Shown here: positions 38,012 to 48,773 of the stretch, piece after piece
Layout of the letters: each line of letters starts with the position of its first letter
Numbering within the stretch: the stretch's first letter is position 1
DNA from: an uncultured virus (IMG/VR IMGVR_UViG_3300012277_000001)
Lineage: Duplodnaviria; Heunggongvirae; Uroviricota; Caudoviricetes
Virus record (IMG/VR): IMGVR_UViG_3300012277_000001
Location: 62,001 to 126,000 of that record
DNA: 64,000 nt
Reading direction: 5' to 3' (one strand)
Translations under genes and position numbers: made by a program
The notes under the pieces: generated by a model
The model's input: the letters and a program-made list of their open reading frames with translations, nothing else
Database searches by the model: none
Told to the model about the DNA's origin: nothing

Positions 38012-40317
38012 ACCGGAATCTCAATGATGTTCAGGTTGATCGAAAGAAGCACACTGAATTGCGCAGTGTTCGCGTTATTCACCCGCATTTTTGCCACGAT
38101 ATCAATCGTGTCTGCGGTGTGGTTTTCCGGATCAATCTGGAACAGCTGGGTCATGGATGCGTTAGCGTACGCCATACCGCCGCTGGTGTTGTTGGAAATC
38201 ACACCCGCCTGCCCAGTACCGCGAATCTGCCGACCGAAATCAGGTTCTTTCGATTGCGCACTGCGCGTACCGATTACGAACTCGATGTTTTCTGTGCCTT
38301 CTGCCGATTGGTAGCCGGGGCCAAGCTTGGCGCTGAAGTCCGCAACAACCTGATAAATCGACGCTTGGTTTTCAGTCAGGGTAATGGTCTGCACGATTAC
38401 AGCATCAGCCGATTTGAACGCTTTATCCACGCTCCATTTGCGGAAATTCCGCATGGAAGGGAACGCATCTTCGTTCAGGCTGATCATCGCTGTGCCCGTC
38501 GAATTGTCGAGAATCAAACCATCACCAACCGCGATTTTCGGGGCGGGAATTGGAAGTTCAACAGGGTTCGCCCCGTGACGCAACAACACCAGATTTCGAT
38601 TGGAAACGTAACCGTCGATAACGATCCCGTTCAGGCCCGTTGCTTCGGAACCCTGCGACTGGATATTTTCAAAAACGATTACCTCAACTTCAACGTCCGG
38701 TTCGAGGCTAGCGGTAAACACCAGCGCATCGTCAATCAGCGTGTAGTTGAATTCGTGGATGTGTGCACCGGATTGCGAGACAAATACCTGTTCAATCGAC
38801 TGCGGTTTGGTCGGCAGTTTCAGGAAGTAGGTTTCACCCGAAGTGATGTAAGTCTTGGTCACGATGCGCGTCGAGTAACCGGTTTCTTGCACGTAGCTCA
38901 ACAGGCGGAATTCGATTTCCAAACCTGCTTCAACCGGGCCGATCATGCGAAGCTTTTTCGTGGTCTGGTCGATGCTGTACGTGGTGATCGGTTGCAGGGT
39001 GGACGCAACAAAGCAAAACACGTGCGAATTCGAATCGACACTTTGCCCCAAGTCATATTCGACGGTAGCGCCATCGCCCACAAATTCTAGCGTGGTCCAA
39101 ACAGCGCGGGTGCCGGTCGAAGGTGATTTGGTAAACACACGCAAATCAACAGGAACTTGCGACGGGATATTCTCGGCAAATTCCACTTCGGACGCCGACA
39201 GCTGGAAGGCCGAACGGTGCTGCGAGGTCAAACCGACCGCTGGGTAAATGTAGTTTGCGTTTTCTGCAACGAGTTCGCCCGTCGAGTATCGCGCAACATC
39301 GCCCGTACCCATGAAATTGAGGGCGTTTACGTCGAGTTTCGAAGGGCCGTTGTACAGCGTGGAAATGATGCGCGATGCAGCTTTAGGCGGTTGCCATACC
39401 AGTGTACCGTCAGCGCCCGGCGTCAACACCCAATCTTGCGGAATGTCATCGGTGCCCGGAATTGTGAGGTTGCCGCCCCCGCCACCCGAAGTGGTGGAAG
39501 TGGTGCACATTTTCCAGATTGCGATTGTGGAGCCTGCGAGATTTGGCAACGCTTGGCTATCAGGATCACGGAATTCTTGGGCGCCTGCGTTCCAGCGATA
39601 ACGGCGGGTTTTACCTTCACCGGAACCGGCCACAACGTGAACGATTACCTGTTCATCAGCCGCCCATTGCAGCGAGCTACTGATTTTGAACGTGGTGGCG
39701 GTGGCAGATGCAGGCTTGCCGTTGAACACGCGCAAATGGTCGGCAAAACCCCACTGAAACGAACCGGCCCCGTAACGCATGGCGATTACAGGGCTGGAAG
39801 TACCATCAGGATTTCGTTTGCCATTCAAAACAGAAATAGCGTTGAAATCCGAATTCGCAGGAGGCGGCAACTGGTAAATAAACGCAGTGGCCGGAATTGA
39901 TTCGTGCTCACCAACAGAGACGTTGATGGTTGTGAGGTCTGCACGCGAGGTGGCCAGCACAACAGAAAGGCGTGTCGGCTCATTCGGATTGAGAATATAA
40001 GGTTCGGCAAATACCGCACGACCGAACGCTACATTTCCTTCGAAGAAAACAACAACTTCTTTTACTTCGGTAGGCTTGGTAAGCCCGCGAGTGTCGATGG
40101 TCAGCACAAAACGGCAGACGCGTGCACTCAAAGTTTCCACGTGGTGAATCTGACCGCCGCAAATGTATTTGCCGACGATATCGGTGTGTTGGGTACTGGA
40201 AGCATACAACCCCGAATCGCCCATTTTGAACGAAACAGGTTTGATCAGAATGCCACCGGCGCTAGCGTTGTTGAGCGCCTGTTCCCCAGCGTCGAGTAAT
40301 ACCAACTTGTCAGTCAT
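38008..40317 (-). CDS. baseplate-attached tail fibre / fibre-anchor protein, 769 aa
   Basis: N-terminal LLDAGEQAL..IKPVSFKMGD resembles fibre baseplate-binding domains; three beta repeats (F.G.G...Y.L). Confidence 0.65.
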   Translation of the reverse strand: MTDKLVLLDAGEQALNNASAGGILIKPVSFKMGDSGLYASSTQHTDIVGKYICGGQIHHVETLSARVCRFVLTIDTRGLTKPTEVKEVVVFFEGNVAFGRAVFAEPYILNPNEPTRLSVVLATSRADLTTINVSVGEHESIPATAFIYQLPPPANSDFNAISVLNGKRNPDGTSSPVIAMRYGAGSFQWGFADHLRVFNGKPASATATTFKISSSLQWAADEQVIVHVVAGSGEGKTRRYRWNAGAQEFRDPDSQALPNLAGSTIAIWKMCTTSTTSGGGGGNLTIPGTDDIPQDWVLTPGADGTLVWQPPKAASRIISTLYNGPSKLDVNALNFMGTGDVARYSTGELVAENANYIYPAVGLTSQHRSAFQLSASEVEFAENIPSQVPVDLRVFTKSPSTGTRAVWTTLEFVGDGATVEYDLGQSVDSNSHVFCFVASTLQPITTYSIDQTTKKLRMIGPVEAGLEIEFRLLSYVQETGYSTRIVTKTYITSGETYFLKLPTKPQSIEQVFVSQSGAHIHEFNYTLIDDALVFTASLEPDVEVEVIVFENIQSQGSEATGLNGIVIDGYVSNRNLVLLRHGANPVELPIPAPKIAVGDGLILDNSTGTAMISLNEDAFPSMRNFRKWSVDKAFKSADAVIVQTITLTENQASIYQVVADFSAKLGPGYQSAEGTENIEFVIGTRSAQSKEPDFGRQIRGTGQAGVISNNTSGGMAYANASMTQLFQIDPENHTADTIDIVAKMRVNNANTAQFSVLLSINLNIIEIPV

Positions 40318-40321
40318 TTAT

Positions 40322-40561
40322 TTATTCCATCGGCTGAGATACGCGGTCAACGTCGCAGTAGAAAACCTTCGTACGGTCGAACAGGAAACCAAAGCCCATT
40401 TTGCGACCGCATTTAGGGCACATCGACGGGTCAACGTTGGTCAATGCAGAGGCCGTGGCCATTTCCTGCCCTGCGGATTGGGCAGCGGATGCGGTTGCCA
40501 GTTCGGCGGCTTTTGCTTTGCGCTGAATAACGATATCCAGCGGGTTAACGAATTCGGTCAT
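40322..40561 (-). CDS. small zinc-ribbon-like protein, 79 aa
   Basis: CPKCGRKM...FYCDVDR; GGGG SD. Confidence 0.7.
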   Translation of the reverse strand: MTEFVNPLDIVIQRKAKAAELATASAAQSAGQEMATASALTNVDPSMCPKCGRKMGFGFLFDRTKVFYCDVDRVSQPME

Positions 40562-40614
40562 TTGGTCCCCCAGTTAATAAAGTGGGCACCCGATTAAAGA
40601 TGCCCTTATACCGT

Positions 40615-42072
40615 TTAAATTATTGTTTTTTCAATCACGATTTGCCAATCGAACGTAATGTTCATATTGAAATCGCCACGATACCAGTCCGAGAACTGAT
40701 CGCTGGTTTTCCAATAACGACCGGTGGCCAAGAATTGCGTGGTGTCTTCCGGCTGCACGACCAAGTTTTCTTTCGAATCTTCTGCCGTTGTAAATGCACC
40801 CTCGAACGTACGGTCGAATGTGACCGTGAACCCCTGCACCTTATTTGCCGGATTGTACAGGTCAAACAACAAATCGGCTTTCAGTTGAGCACTAACATCG
40901 CGGGTTTCAAACGACGGGTTGGTCCATTTGGTTTTAAACGAAACGCCCGTCTTCGAAATCCAATCGTCGTTAAACGTCCATTTGACCGATTCGTCACCGC
41001 CTTTATCCAGCGTAACGACCGGATCAACAGGCGCCAGCGGGAAGGTATCCAACGGTTTAGGAATATTCGAACGAATGGTGCCAGTAAACAGCGTTTGGCC
41101 CATGTAAACAAACGAAACAGGCAGCGTTTCACCCGTACGCTTTGCGGTAATGGTCAGCAGCCACGCATCTTCGACCCCTATTTCCGAAGCGTCACCGGAA
41201 TAAACAACGGTGAACCCGTCATTATCTGCTGCACGAACCTCGAATGTGCCGGGATCAAAGTATTCATCGGGGCCAAACCAATCGCCATTTTCATCCTTGC
41301 CCTGAATAACGAACTGATATTCCTTCAATTCATCATCCAATGGGTTAGGCAATTGGATAGAACCACCGGTCAGGATTTCACCGTAAATCTGGTATTCACC
41401 ATTGGCCTCGATATCCACCACGTCGCCCCCGACTTTAACCGGGTTGCTATCGGCGCCAATTACAGCCATGCGCATTGTGGGAATGTAGTTCGGGTCACGC
41501 ACGCGAATATCAATACAGCGGAAGTCGGACAGCTGCCCCATGTCGGTTTTGATTGCATAGGTCACAGAATCGCGACCATACATACCGTAATAGGGGCAAT
41601 AAATCAGCTGATCACCATCGGCATTAGGGCGGCAAAAACCAATGGCGCCCTGCGTAATGCAAATGGGTTTGGCGTGCGTTGCAACTTGCGGCCCTTCGCG
41701 ACGATCCGTGCCGTAAGCGGTAAGCGTCGTGTCGTCGGAGTGCAGGAGATTATTGGCCGGAATTACCAGCCATTTTTCATTCATGTCCGGAAACTGGTCA
41801 TCTTCCACGAATTCCAAACGCCCTTTCAACGGGGCGTCGAATTTGACCGTGGTTCCGTTCACCTGATACCCGTCCACAACCCGAATGCTATCGTTGTAAA
41901 TCTCCAACGAACTTGGGTTATCCGGGGCGAATGGCAACACCACTTGGTTGATGTTTGAACCCTGTGTGTTGAATGTTTTTGCGAACCGCTGGCGACCGAA
42001 CATACGAATGCGCAGTTCCATATATTTCGACAGCGGTTTCACGAACCGAAGGTTTGGAGTTTCTGCAATCAT
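40615..42072 (-). CDS. baseplate/virion structural protein, 485 aa
   Basis: ATGA overlap; YCPYYGMYGRDSVTYAI resembles a cadherin/Ig-like (Big_9) motif. Confidence 0.7.
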   Translation of the reverse strand: MIAETPNLRFVKPLSKYMELRIRMFGRQRFAKTFNTQGSNINQVVLPFAPDNPSSLEIYNDSIRVVDGYQVNGTTVKFDAPLKGRLEFVEDDQFPDMNEKWLVIPANNLLHSDDTTLTAYGTDRREGPQVATHAKPICITQGAIGFCRPNADGDQLIYCPYYGMYGRDSVTYAIKTDMGQLSDFRCIDIRVRDPNYIPTMRMAVIGADSNPVKVGGDVVDIEANGEYQIYGEILTGGSIQLPNPLDDELKEYQFVIQGKDENGDWFGPDEYFDPGTFEVRAADNDGFTVVYSGDASEIGVEDAWLLTITAKRTGETLPVSFVYMGQTLFTGTIRSNIPKPLDTFPLAPVDPVVTLDKGGDESVKWTFNDDWISKTGVSFKTKWTNPSFETRDVSAQLKADLLFDLYNPANKVQGFTVTFDRTFEGAFTTAEDSKENLVVQPEDTTQFLATGRYWKTSDQFSDWYRGDFNMNITFDWQIVIEKTII

Positions 42073-45000
42073 CCGAAAGTAACCCTGTAGGATTTCTGCC
42101 CCAAATCACGGCCGACAGTGCGGTACACGTACCAGCTAACATCGACCCCGTTTTGCGATTGTTTGTGCACGGCTGGAATTGGCGAACCATCAGGGCCTGC
42201 CCAATCGTCGGTTGGTCTTCCCGCCGCATCGTAAAACTTCACGGCGCCGAATACGATTGGCACCAGAACGTAGCTGTAACCGTCGAAATCATCACGGAAT
42301 TGCTGATCGGAAATCATGATGGATTTCTCAAACAACGTGGAATAATCAACGGACGCCGATTGGCCCGTGCAGTAAACCGGGCTGCTGCCCAACACACGTA
42401 CCGTTTTAGTTCCTTGCACAATCGTGTTTTCGTACGTGAAATCGGCAGAAATGGTAAACGTCTGATTCACCACCGCGTTCTGCACGAACACCGTGCCGTC
42501 ATCCAGAATATGCAGGTTCAGGCCGTCAGTGATGATTTGCCAGTTAGGCGTCACCGGAATGCCTTGTCCTTCAGTGATCCCAGTTTCAGGCGTATAGGCT
42601 TCTGCCGAATAACGCTCTTTTACCCCGATTTGAATTGTGTCCGGGCCGGTAATGCCGAGGCCGATGTAGGCCGCGTCAACAGGCACCACGACAACGGACA
42701 ACGAATCGGTAACGGTGTACCCGCCGCAACTCCAAGTGGCGGTAATCGTGAACGTCATATCGCGGTTTGCTTTGCACGTGACGAACCCGTTTTCATCGAC
42801 AATTACGTCGTCGTTATCTACCGTCCAATCGGAGGAAACCAACAATTCGTTCTTGCACTGCTTGAACAGAATGGCTTGGCTAAACGAAGCAATTTGCGTC
42901 GAATAAATAACGGCGTTACCGATGATGCGGCTGGACAGCGGAACGTCAGGGCCTTTTGGTGCCACATAACGAACAGTTACCGCGTATTCTGCTGTTTCTT
43001 GGAAATACGTCGCACGAACCATGACCGGCATATCGAAATCAACAGGTCGGCCAGTAACCACGCCATAACCGCCAATGTCAGCAGCCACAAATTCAGCGTT
43101 CGAATCGAGCGTGTAGATTTCCCATTGCGGGTGGACCGTGGCAAAAGAACCGTCTTCATACATTGCGGTCGCCGTTAATACGATTCGATCCAGCGAATCA
43201 ACTGTATCAGGGCCGGTGATCATTAGGCCGGTGATGCTATTCGTGGCACTGACGCAAACGACGGTTTTCGTCTGCTGGTAAACCCGTTGATTTTCCATGT
43301 AGGAAATTTCGAGGTTGATCAGAGATTCTTCGGGCTTGTCGATTAGCAATTCACCGTCGATCAATGTCGCCCAATCCGATACAGGGTTAAGGGTCCAAAT
43401 AGGATCAATGGGTTTGATTCGACCGTCCGTGTATTGCGCGTATGCCTGATAAACGTTTACGTTGCCCTCACGTACGGAATCCGGACCCATGATCAGCAAT
43501 TGTTGCAGCGTGATCGGCGGACGTTGGACCGTCACAGAAAGCATCTGCGTCATGCCCTGATACTGCGCACGAATTTCAACGGTTAGCTGATCCTTGACCA
43601 TACCGGCGTTCAACGTGCCTTGTGGTGTGATTTCGAATTCAGTGGTGAACCATTCGGGCGTGACGTAGGTAGACGAACCATCGCTCATGATTGCCAGACA
43701 CGAATAGCTGGCTTTTTCCATTTCATTAACGAGGGTAGGCCCAGTGATCGTAAGGCTAGCCAGTTGCAGGAATTCCGGATAAACCGTGGCTTCGTGCTGC
43801 GCTGTCATCACAACCGAGCGGAAACCGTATTGAGCCGTGATTTCTACTTGCGTTTCGCCGTTTACAAGCGTGGTGCTAGCCAGACCATTGTCGATAACGA
43901 CAGCAGGACTGCTCGAATCCCAGTACGACAGAACATCAGCGCTCGAACCATCCGAGAAAAATGCAGTTGCATATAGCTGCGTTGCCGAACCTTCTTTCAA
44001 CCGATTTTCACCGCTGATGGAAAGGCCAGTAAGGTACACATTCGGATCAACGAAACGCAGCTTCACTTTTTTGGATGCAGCGTAAGAAATTCCGTTGATA
44101 TTCAGTTTGCAGCTGAGCATTACTTCCTGATCTTCCAGAAGGTTACGCCCGTGCAACGTGTTGCCCACGAAATAGGCGTAGGGGCTAACGACCTTCAGGT
44201 CTACCGGGACAACATCACTGCCCGTCGAATGGAAAACCGTTACCGAATAATCGCCAGATTGTGTGGAAAGGATTTCATCCGGCCCGTTGATCTGCACCAA
44301 CCGGATATCCTGCATACCGAGGCGAACAGTAACGTTCTTGGTGATAGTTTTGCCACGAATAACGGCGGTCAACGTCACCAATTGATCTTGTGTGAAACCA
44401 GCAAACGTAACGTGGCCCTGCCGGATGGAGACATTGCCCGTATGCGTCGAGGTCCATTCGTTGCTTTCGAATTCCTGCCCTTTGGCCACAATGCGGTAGG
44501 TCGCGGAATCGCCGCTGTTGACTTGATCAGGTCCGTCGATGGTGAACGTCGCGTTTTCCAGTGAGTAATCTGCATCACAAACGAGACGGCGCACAGGCTG
44601 TTTGTACACCACACCTTGAAGGCCGAAATCTTCTTTGTTTTCGATTTCAATACTGAAGAAGAACTGGTCGATCACCAGATTAATAGGCGCCAACGAGAAA
44701 AACGCCGAGAGGAAGCGATCCTTCAGCGTTGTTCCGGTGGGCAACACGATATTTTGGTCAGCAGGAACTTTCTGCATTTCGAGGTTAATGTGCGTGACTT
44801 TGTACCACGTACCCCCGTCAATGCGCAGCGCGCCCAACGGTTCCTCGTAAAACGAAATGTAGTCCTCGGTGTAAAGTTCATAGGACACCACGCGGCGCCC
44901 CAAGATGTAGGAAATCAGGCGGATTGCAGAATCACGGCCCGTCACTTGGTGAATGAGCGGAATCATGTAAATGGAATTGTACAAACGTTCCGGATTCACA

Positions 45001-45221
45001 ATCATATCAGGCGGCAGCGTGATACCGAGGTCCATCAGCGCCTGTTTCATGAACACCAACGGGCTATCCGTTTTCAGGTCGCGAATTTCGATCACTTCGG
45101 ACAGCGGTTGTCGAACTTGTTCGGTCAAGAATTCCTGCACCGCTTCGAGGAATGCACCCCAAAGCGGCTCTGTGCGGATGAATTCAACGTCAAGTTCGCT
45201 GAAGTCGATTTTATTCATCAT
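42069..45221 (-). CDS. baseplate wedge-associated protein (gp7-like position) with tandem Ig-like repeats, 1050 aa
   Basis: Seven I.GP(D)/ISGE-led ~90-aa repeats with A.Y.DG motifs; follows gp6-like gene. Confidence 0.75.
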   Translation of the reverse strand: MMNKIDFSELDVEFIRTEPLWGAFLEAVQEFLTEQVRQPLSEVIEIRDLKTDSPLVFMKQALMDLGITLPPDMIVNPERLYNSIYMIPLIHQVTGRDSAIRLISYILGRRVVSYELYTEDYISFYEEPLGALRIDGGTWYKVTHINLEMQKVPADQNIVLPTGTTLKDRFLSAFFSLAPINLVIDQFFFSIEIENKEDFGLQGVVYKQPVRRLVCDADYSLENATFTIDGPDQVNSGDSATYRIVAKGQEFESNEWTSTHTGNVSIRQGHVTFAGFTQDQLVTLTAVIRGKTITKNVTVRLGMQDIRLVQINGPDEILSTQSGDYSVTVFHSTGSDVVPVDLKVVSPYAYFVGNTLHGRNLLEDQEVMLSCKLNINGISYAASKKVKLRFVDPNVYLTGLSISGENRLKEGSATQLYATAFFSDGSSADVLSYWDSSSPAVVIDNGLASTTLVNGETQVEITAQYGFRSVVMTAQHEATVYPEFLQLASLTITGPTLVNEMEKASYSCLAIMSDGSSTYVTPEWFTTEFEITPQGTLNAGMVKDQLTVEIRAQYQGMTQMLSVTVQRPPITLQQLLIMGPDSVREGNVNVYQAYAQYTDGRIKPIDPIWTLNPVSDWATLIDGELLIDKPEESLINLEISYMENQRVYQQTKTVVCVSATNSITGLMITGPDTVDSLDRIVLTATAMYEDGSFATVHPQWEIYTLDSNAEFVAADIGGYGVVTGRPVDFDMPVMVRATYFQETAEYAVTVRYVAPKGPDVPLSSRIIGNAVIYSTQIASFSQAILFKQCKNELLVSSDWTVDNDDVIVDENGFVTCKANRDMTFTITATWSCGGYTVTDSLSVVVVPVDAAYIGLGITGPDTIQIGVKERYSAEAYTPETGITEGQGIPVTPNWQIITDGLNLHILDDGTVFVQNAVVNQTFTISADFTYENTIVQGTKTVRVLGSSPVYCTGQSASVDYSTLFEKSIMISDQQFRDDFDGYSYVLVPIVFGAVKFYDAAGRPTDDWAGPDGSPIPAVHKQSQNGVDVSWYVYRTVGRDLGQKSYRVTFG

Positions 45222-46668
45222 TACGTTCCGAAATGGAAGGGATAATCAGCGGCTTTTCTGCCAGCACGCAGTACGAAGTTGGATCGTCCAGAATGATCGA
45301 ACGTTCGGTAGGGCTGAGCACTTCGATATAGTCAACGCCTTCGATGCGGCAGGCTTTTTCGATATCGGATTTGGAGACGCGACGTTTGAGAATGCCTTGG
45401 CGCTTTTTGAACAGGCGGTAAATCCGCTCTTCAATCGTTTGTGTCAGCTGGTCAATTTGTGGAGCCGCCCACGAAAAGAATGCAATTTGCACCTGCACTT
45501 TTACCATAACTTGCGTTGCGTTCCATGCCTGCACTTCAAGGTTGCCGTGCAGCATCGGTTGCAGCCATTTGATGAACTGCTGCCAAGACGCGGATTTCGG
45601 ATTCGGGTTGGCACCGCCCCACGTATCGGTATTCAGCGGCAGAACACAAATGCGGATAGTGTTCATCCACGTTTTGTCTTCTGGTGCAATGTCACGCTGG
45701 CCCAAAACCATGCAGTCAGCAACACCCGGATATTTCCGTACGGCTGCTGCAATTTCTTCGTGGCTGATCAGCTTTTCACGTGCACGATAAAGCACAGGAG
45801 CGTAGGTGCGGTAATACGCGGCATCCTTTGGGTCGGCCCCGCCCTCCGTGGTTTCCAACGTTTCGCCCTGAATCATCGGTTGCGCGATGTAGGAGCAACG
45901 CACACCCGGCAAGATCGCATTGTGCTTCGTGCCTTCGTTGACGACGTAACGAACGGTCAGCAGCGATTTACGCGGGAGTCGTGCACCGAACTCACCGGTC
46001 CCGAACACAAGCGATACGTCACCGCTGGCGGTTGTGCTATGGAAATAAATGTAATCATCAGCCGTATATTCATACATGCCACGATCAGTCTGTTCCCAAA
46101 TGCGGGTATTGCCCGTGTTTTTGTCGGTCGTGTAGACGTACAGTTCCGAACTCACATTGAAACCCGGCTCATTCAGCAGGAATTCATACAGCGACAAATC
46201 AGTGATCGTATCGAGGTCGAATTCTTTGGTGCGGATTACGCCCTGCGTCAGGATGGTTTCCGTGGTCTGGCCCGCTACTGCGAAATACTGCGCAGGATTG
46301 TAAAACGGCACTTTGTCCACGATGTGCTGCGAGAAAGGCGCGACAAACATCGTGTTTTGGTAGCCGTTGCGCATCCGCACCGTCGTACTGGCACCGGCCC
46401 GGCGTTCCATGAAAACACCGTGACCACGCGTAAGGGCGAAGATCGAGGTATCGCGGTTTGCAGTTTGGAAAAATGCGTTTCGCGCAGCTGTCAGAATTGC
46501 ATGCTGATGGCCTACGGCGGCACCGGCCCAAATACGTTGCAGGAACGCACCAACGTTGGTGGGCAGCATGTCATCCCACACGCCAGTTTCTTTCAGCTTA
46601 TCCGCGAAAGAAAGTGCTGCTTCGTCAATGTCTACGATAGACGTGGGGAATTTGTCACGCTCACTCAT
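45211..46668 (-). CDS. baseplate wedge protein (T4 gp6 / baseplate J-like)
   Basis: NAFFQTANRDTSI, VSLVFGTGEFGARLP, VRYVVNEG, GGADPKD, YPGVAD motifs. Confidence 0.85.
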   Translation of the reverse strand: MSERDKFPTSIVDIDEAALSFADKLKETGVWDDMLPTNVGAFLQRIWAGAAVGHQHAILTAARNAFFQTANRDTSIFALTRGHGVFMERRAGASTTVRMRNGYQNTMFVAPFSQHIVDKVPFYNPAQYFAVAGQTTETILTQGVIRTKEFDLDTITDLSLYEFLLNEPGFNVSSELYVYTTDKNTGNTRIWEQTDRGMYEYTADDYIYFHSTTASGDVSLVFGTGEFGARLPRKSLLTVRYVVNEGTKHNAILPGVRCSYIAQPMIQGETLETTEGGADPKDAAYYRTYAPVLYRAREKLISHEEIAAAVRKYPGVADCMVLGQRDIAPEDKTWMNTIRICVLPLNTDTWGGANPNPKSASWQQFIKWLQPMLHGNLEVQAWNATQVMVKVQVQIAFFSWAAPQIDQLTQTIEERIYRLFKKRQGILKRRVSKSDIEKACRIEGVDYIEVLSPTERSIILDDPTSYCVLAEKPLIIPSISERNDE

Positions 46669-47051
46669 AATGTCCGCCCGAGGTTGAAGTTAAATACGAT
46701 TGCTTTTGCGTTAAGGTCCGGCGCGTCATAACGGATCGTCACGTAAAATAGGTTGTCGTCCGGCATAGGCACAACGACACAACCCGTTACGATAACGCGA
46801 GTTTCCATATTGCGCGGTAAAACGTTGATGATTTCCTCTTTGATGCGATCTGCCGTGTAATCATCGCACGGGTCGAAAAGGAATTCAGGAACCAAACACC
46901 CGATGGTTGGGTTGAACCACGCACTGCGAATGGGAGTCGCCAGAATCATGAGGATGTTTTGGTTGACGGATTGTTCGTCGAACACCAACGCACTTTGCGT
47001 TTGTGCCGCGTACAAACTCACATCGGAATATTTGTAGGATTTGTCTGCCAT
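46665..47051 (-). CDS. baseplate wedge subunit, gp25/GpW-like
   Basis: DEQSVNQNILMILATPIRSAWFNPTIGCLVPEFLFDP and ETRV motifs. Confidence 0.9.
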   Translation of the reverse strand: MADKSYKYSDVSLYAAQTQSALVFDEQSVNQNILMILATPIRSAWFNPTIGCLVPEFLFDPCDDYTADRIKEEIINVLPRNMETRVIVTGCVVVPMPDDNLFYVTIRYDAPDLNAKAIVFNFNLGRTL

Positions 47052-47054
47052 AAA

Positions 47055-47348
47055 TCACCCGGAGAAAACGTTAGGGCTGCCGTTCTGCGCGAAATCGCCG
47101 CAATCAATGGCCCCGCCCAACGTGTGGACCAACATTCCGTTGGTGAATGTGCGAATGGCACCGGTCAATGCCTTGCCTTGGTGACAGCCTTTGCTAGGAC
47201 AGCAATGCGTCATGTAGGAATCGCCTACGCGCACTTCGGCCAGACCGTTGCAAAAAACATTGATCGAAGCGACAACAGGCAACGTTGGCGGCCAGCAGCC
47301 GTGGCCACTGGAAAGGTCGGTGTTGAGGCGTACGTTAGGCATGCCCAT
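47055..47348 (-). CDS. PAAR-like spike tip protein (T4 gp5.4-like), 97 aa
   Basis: DLSSGHGCWPP..NVFCNG..VRVGD..H..H..CGD..GSPNVF; start moved to ATG with GGGGA SD. Confidence 0.9.
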   Translation of the reverse strand: MGMPNVRLNTDLSSGHGCWPPTLPVVASINVFCNGLAEVRVGDSYMTHCCPSKGCHQGKALTGAIRTFTNGMLVHTLGGAIDCGDFAQNGSPNVFSG

Positions 47349-47510
47349 CTGGTGTTCCCCCGCGCAGCTAATACTGTAAATAGGATATATCAGTAAATTA
47401 CGCACATCAGTCCATTAAAGGGGCTTTAATTGCCGAAAATTCCACGCAGTGATTTAGACGACTGCTTCAATCCGAAGCCGTGGCATTCTTACACCATAGG
47501 AGATTCGCAA

Positions 47511-48773
47511 ATGAATGAAGACGTAGACTACAACGGACGCGGTGACTATTTCCGTACGCAAGGCGAAGCACCCAGCGCTGGGCCGGAAGAGGTTTCGTAT
47601 CGCGATAACCAATTCGATCACCAGTACAACAATTGGCTGAAGCGTATTCTGGAAGAAGGCGAACGGCGGGACGACCGCACGAAAACCGGCACCATTTCGC
47701 TGTTCGGTGACGTGAATATGAAATTCGATCTGCGTATCAACTTCTGCGCGATCACCGGCAAACGCCTCGCATTCAAAACGATGAAAGTCGAAACCATCGA
47801 CTGGATGTTGAAAGGTAAATACGACCTGAAAACCCTGAAAGAAAAGGGGGTGCGGATTTGGGACCAGAACGTAAAACCGGGAACCGAAGTTTACGAAGGC
47901 GCACCGCTGTCTACGGAAGAACGAATGAACTTCCTGACGGATAAACAGCGCATCGAATTCACTGTGTTCCGTGACGAACTATTCGACAATCAAAACGTCG
48001 ATGATTCGGAATTCCACATCGCGTGTGAAATGAAGCTGAATAACTGGGGCGTTCCGGATCGTGCGTTGAGCGATGGTGATTTGGGGCCTATTTACGGCAA
48101 GCAATGGCGAGCGTGGGAAGACATTCGCATTATACCGGCTTATAACCTGTACGATCCGGGCCGGGTGCGTGTGTTGCAGGAACGCGGCTATATGCACACC
48201 AATTTCAGCAGTCAAACCGAAGTGGTTATTCGTCGCGAAGTTGACCAGATTGCATTGGTCGAAGAGGCCATCAAAAACGAAATCCGTTTCCACAACGGCG
48301 AGATTCCAAAACACAGTGGTGGCCGCCGTATCATTCTGACCGGCTGGAACGTTGCACAACTCGACGAAATGTCGCTGCCGCCCTGCCACACGCTGGCCCA
48401 GTGGTACGTCAGCAGCACCAAAGATGAAAACGGTAAATACTACCTCGACTGCAAACTGTTCATGCGTTCGAATGACATTTTCCTCGGAATGCCATTCAAC
48501 GTTGCGCAGTATGCAATGCTTACCCACATGCTGGCGCACGCGCATGGCCTGACCGCTCGTTTCTTCCACGTGACCGAAGGTGACGCGCACATTTACGCGA
48601 ATCATGTGGATCAGGTGAAAGAACAACTGTCGCGTCCGATCATTCACAAAGCACCGAAACTGGAAATTACGTGCGGTCCCGTCAATTCGATTCTGGATAT
48701 CCGGGTCGAAGACGTTCACCTGCGCGGCTACGAATCCTACGAATCCATCAAAGCACCTATTGCGGGCAACTAA
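47511..48773 (+). CDS. thyA: thymidylate synthase with large insertions, 420 aa
   Basis: DRTKTGT, GDLGPIYGKQWR, RRIILTGWN, LPPCH, RSNDIFLGMPFN, GDAHIYANH; AGGAG SD before ATG 47511. Confidence 0.95.
   Translation: MNEDVDYNGRGDYFRTQGEAPSAGPEEVSYRDNQFDHQYNNWLKRILEEGERRDDRTKTGTISLFGDVNMKFDLRINFCAITGKRLAFKTMKVETIDWMLKGKYDLKTLKEKGVRIWDQNVKPGTEVYEGAPLSTEERMNFLTDKQRIEFTVFRDELFDNQNVDDSEFHIACEMKLNNWGVPDRALSDGDLGPIYGKQWRAWEDIRIIPAYNLYDPGRVRVLQERGYMHTNFSSQTEVVIRREVDQIALVEEAIKNEIRFHNGEIPKHSGGRRIILTGWNVAQLDEMSLPPCHTLAQWYVSSTKDENGKYYLDCKLFMRSNDIFLGMPFNVAQYAMLTHMLAHAHGLTARFFHVTEGDAHIYANHVDQVKEQLSRPIIHKAPKLEITCGPVNSILDIRVEDVHLRGYESYESIKAPIAGN

Noticed and set aside
44971..46731. 586-aa plus-strand ORF and similar long antisense ORFs (26710, 31413, 33526, 40582, 41973, 60486)
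   Set aside because: They lie opposite well-supported minus-strand genes; their length is explained by codon bias.
47870..48080. Intron or intein in thyA
   Set aside because: The frame stays open, the insert is short, and it lacks intein Cys/His-Asn ends or evident group I intron features.
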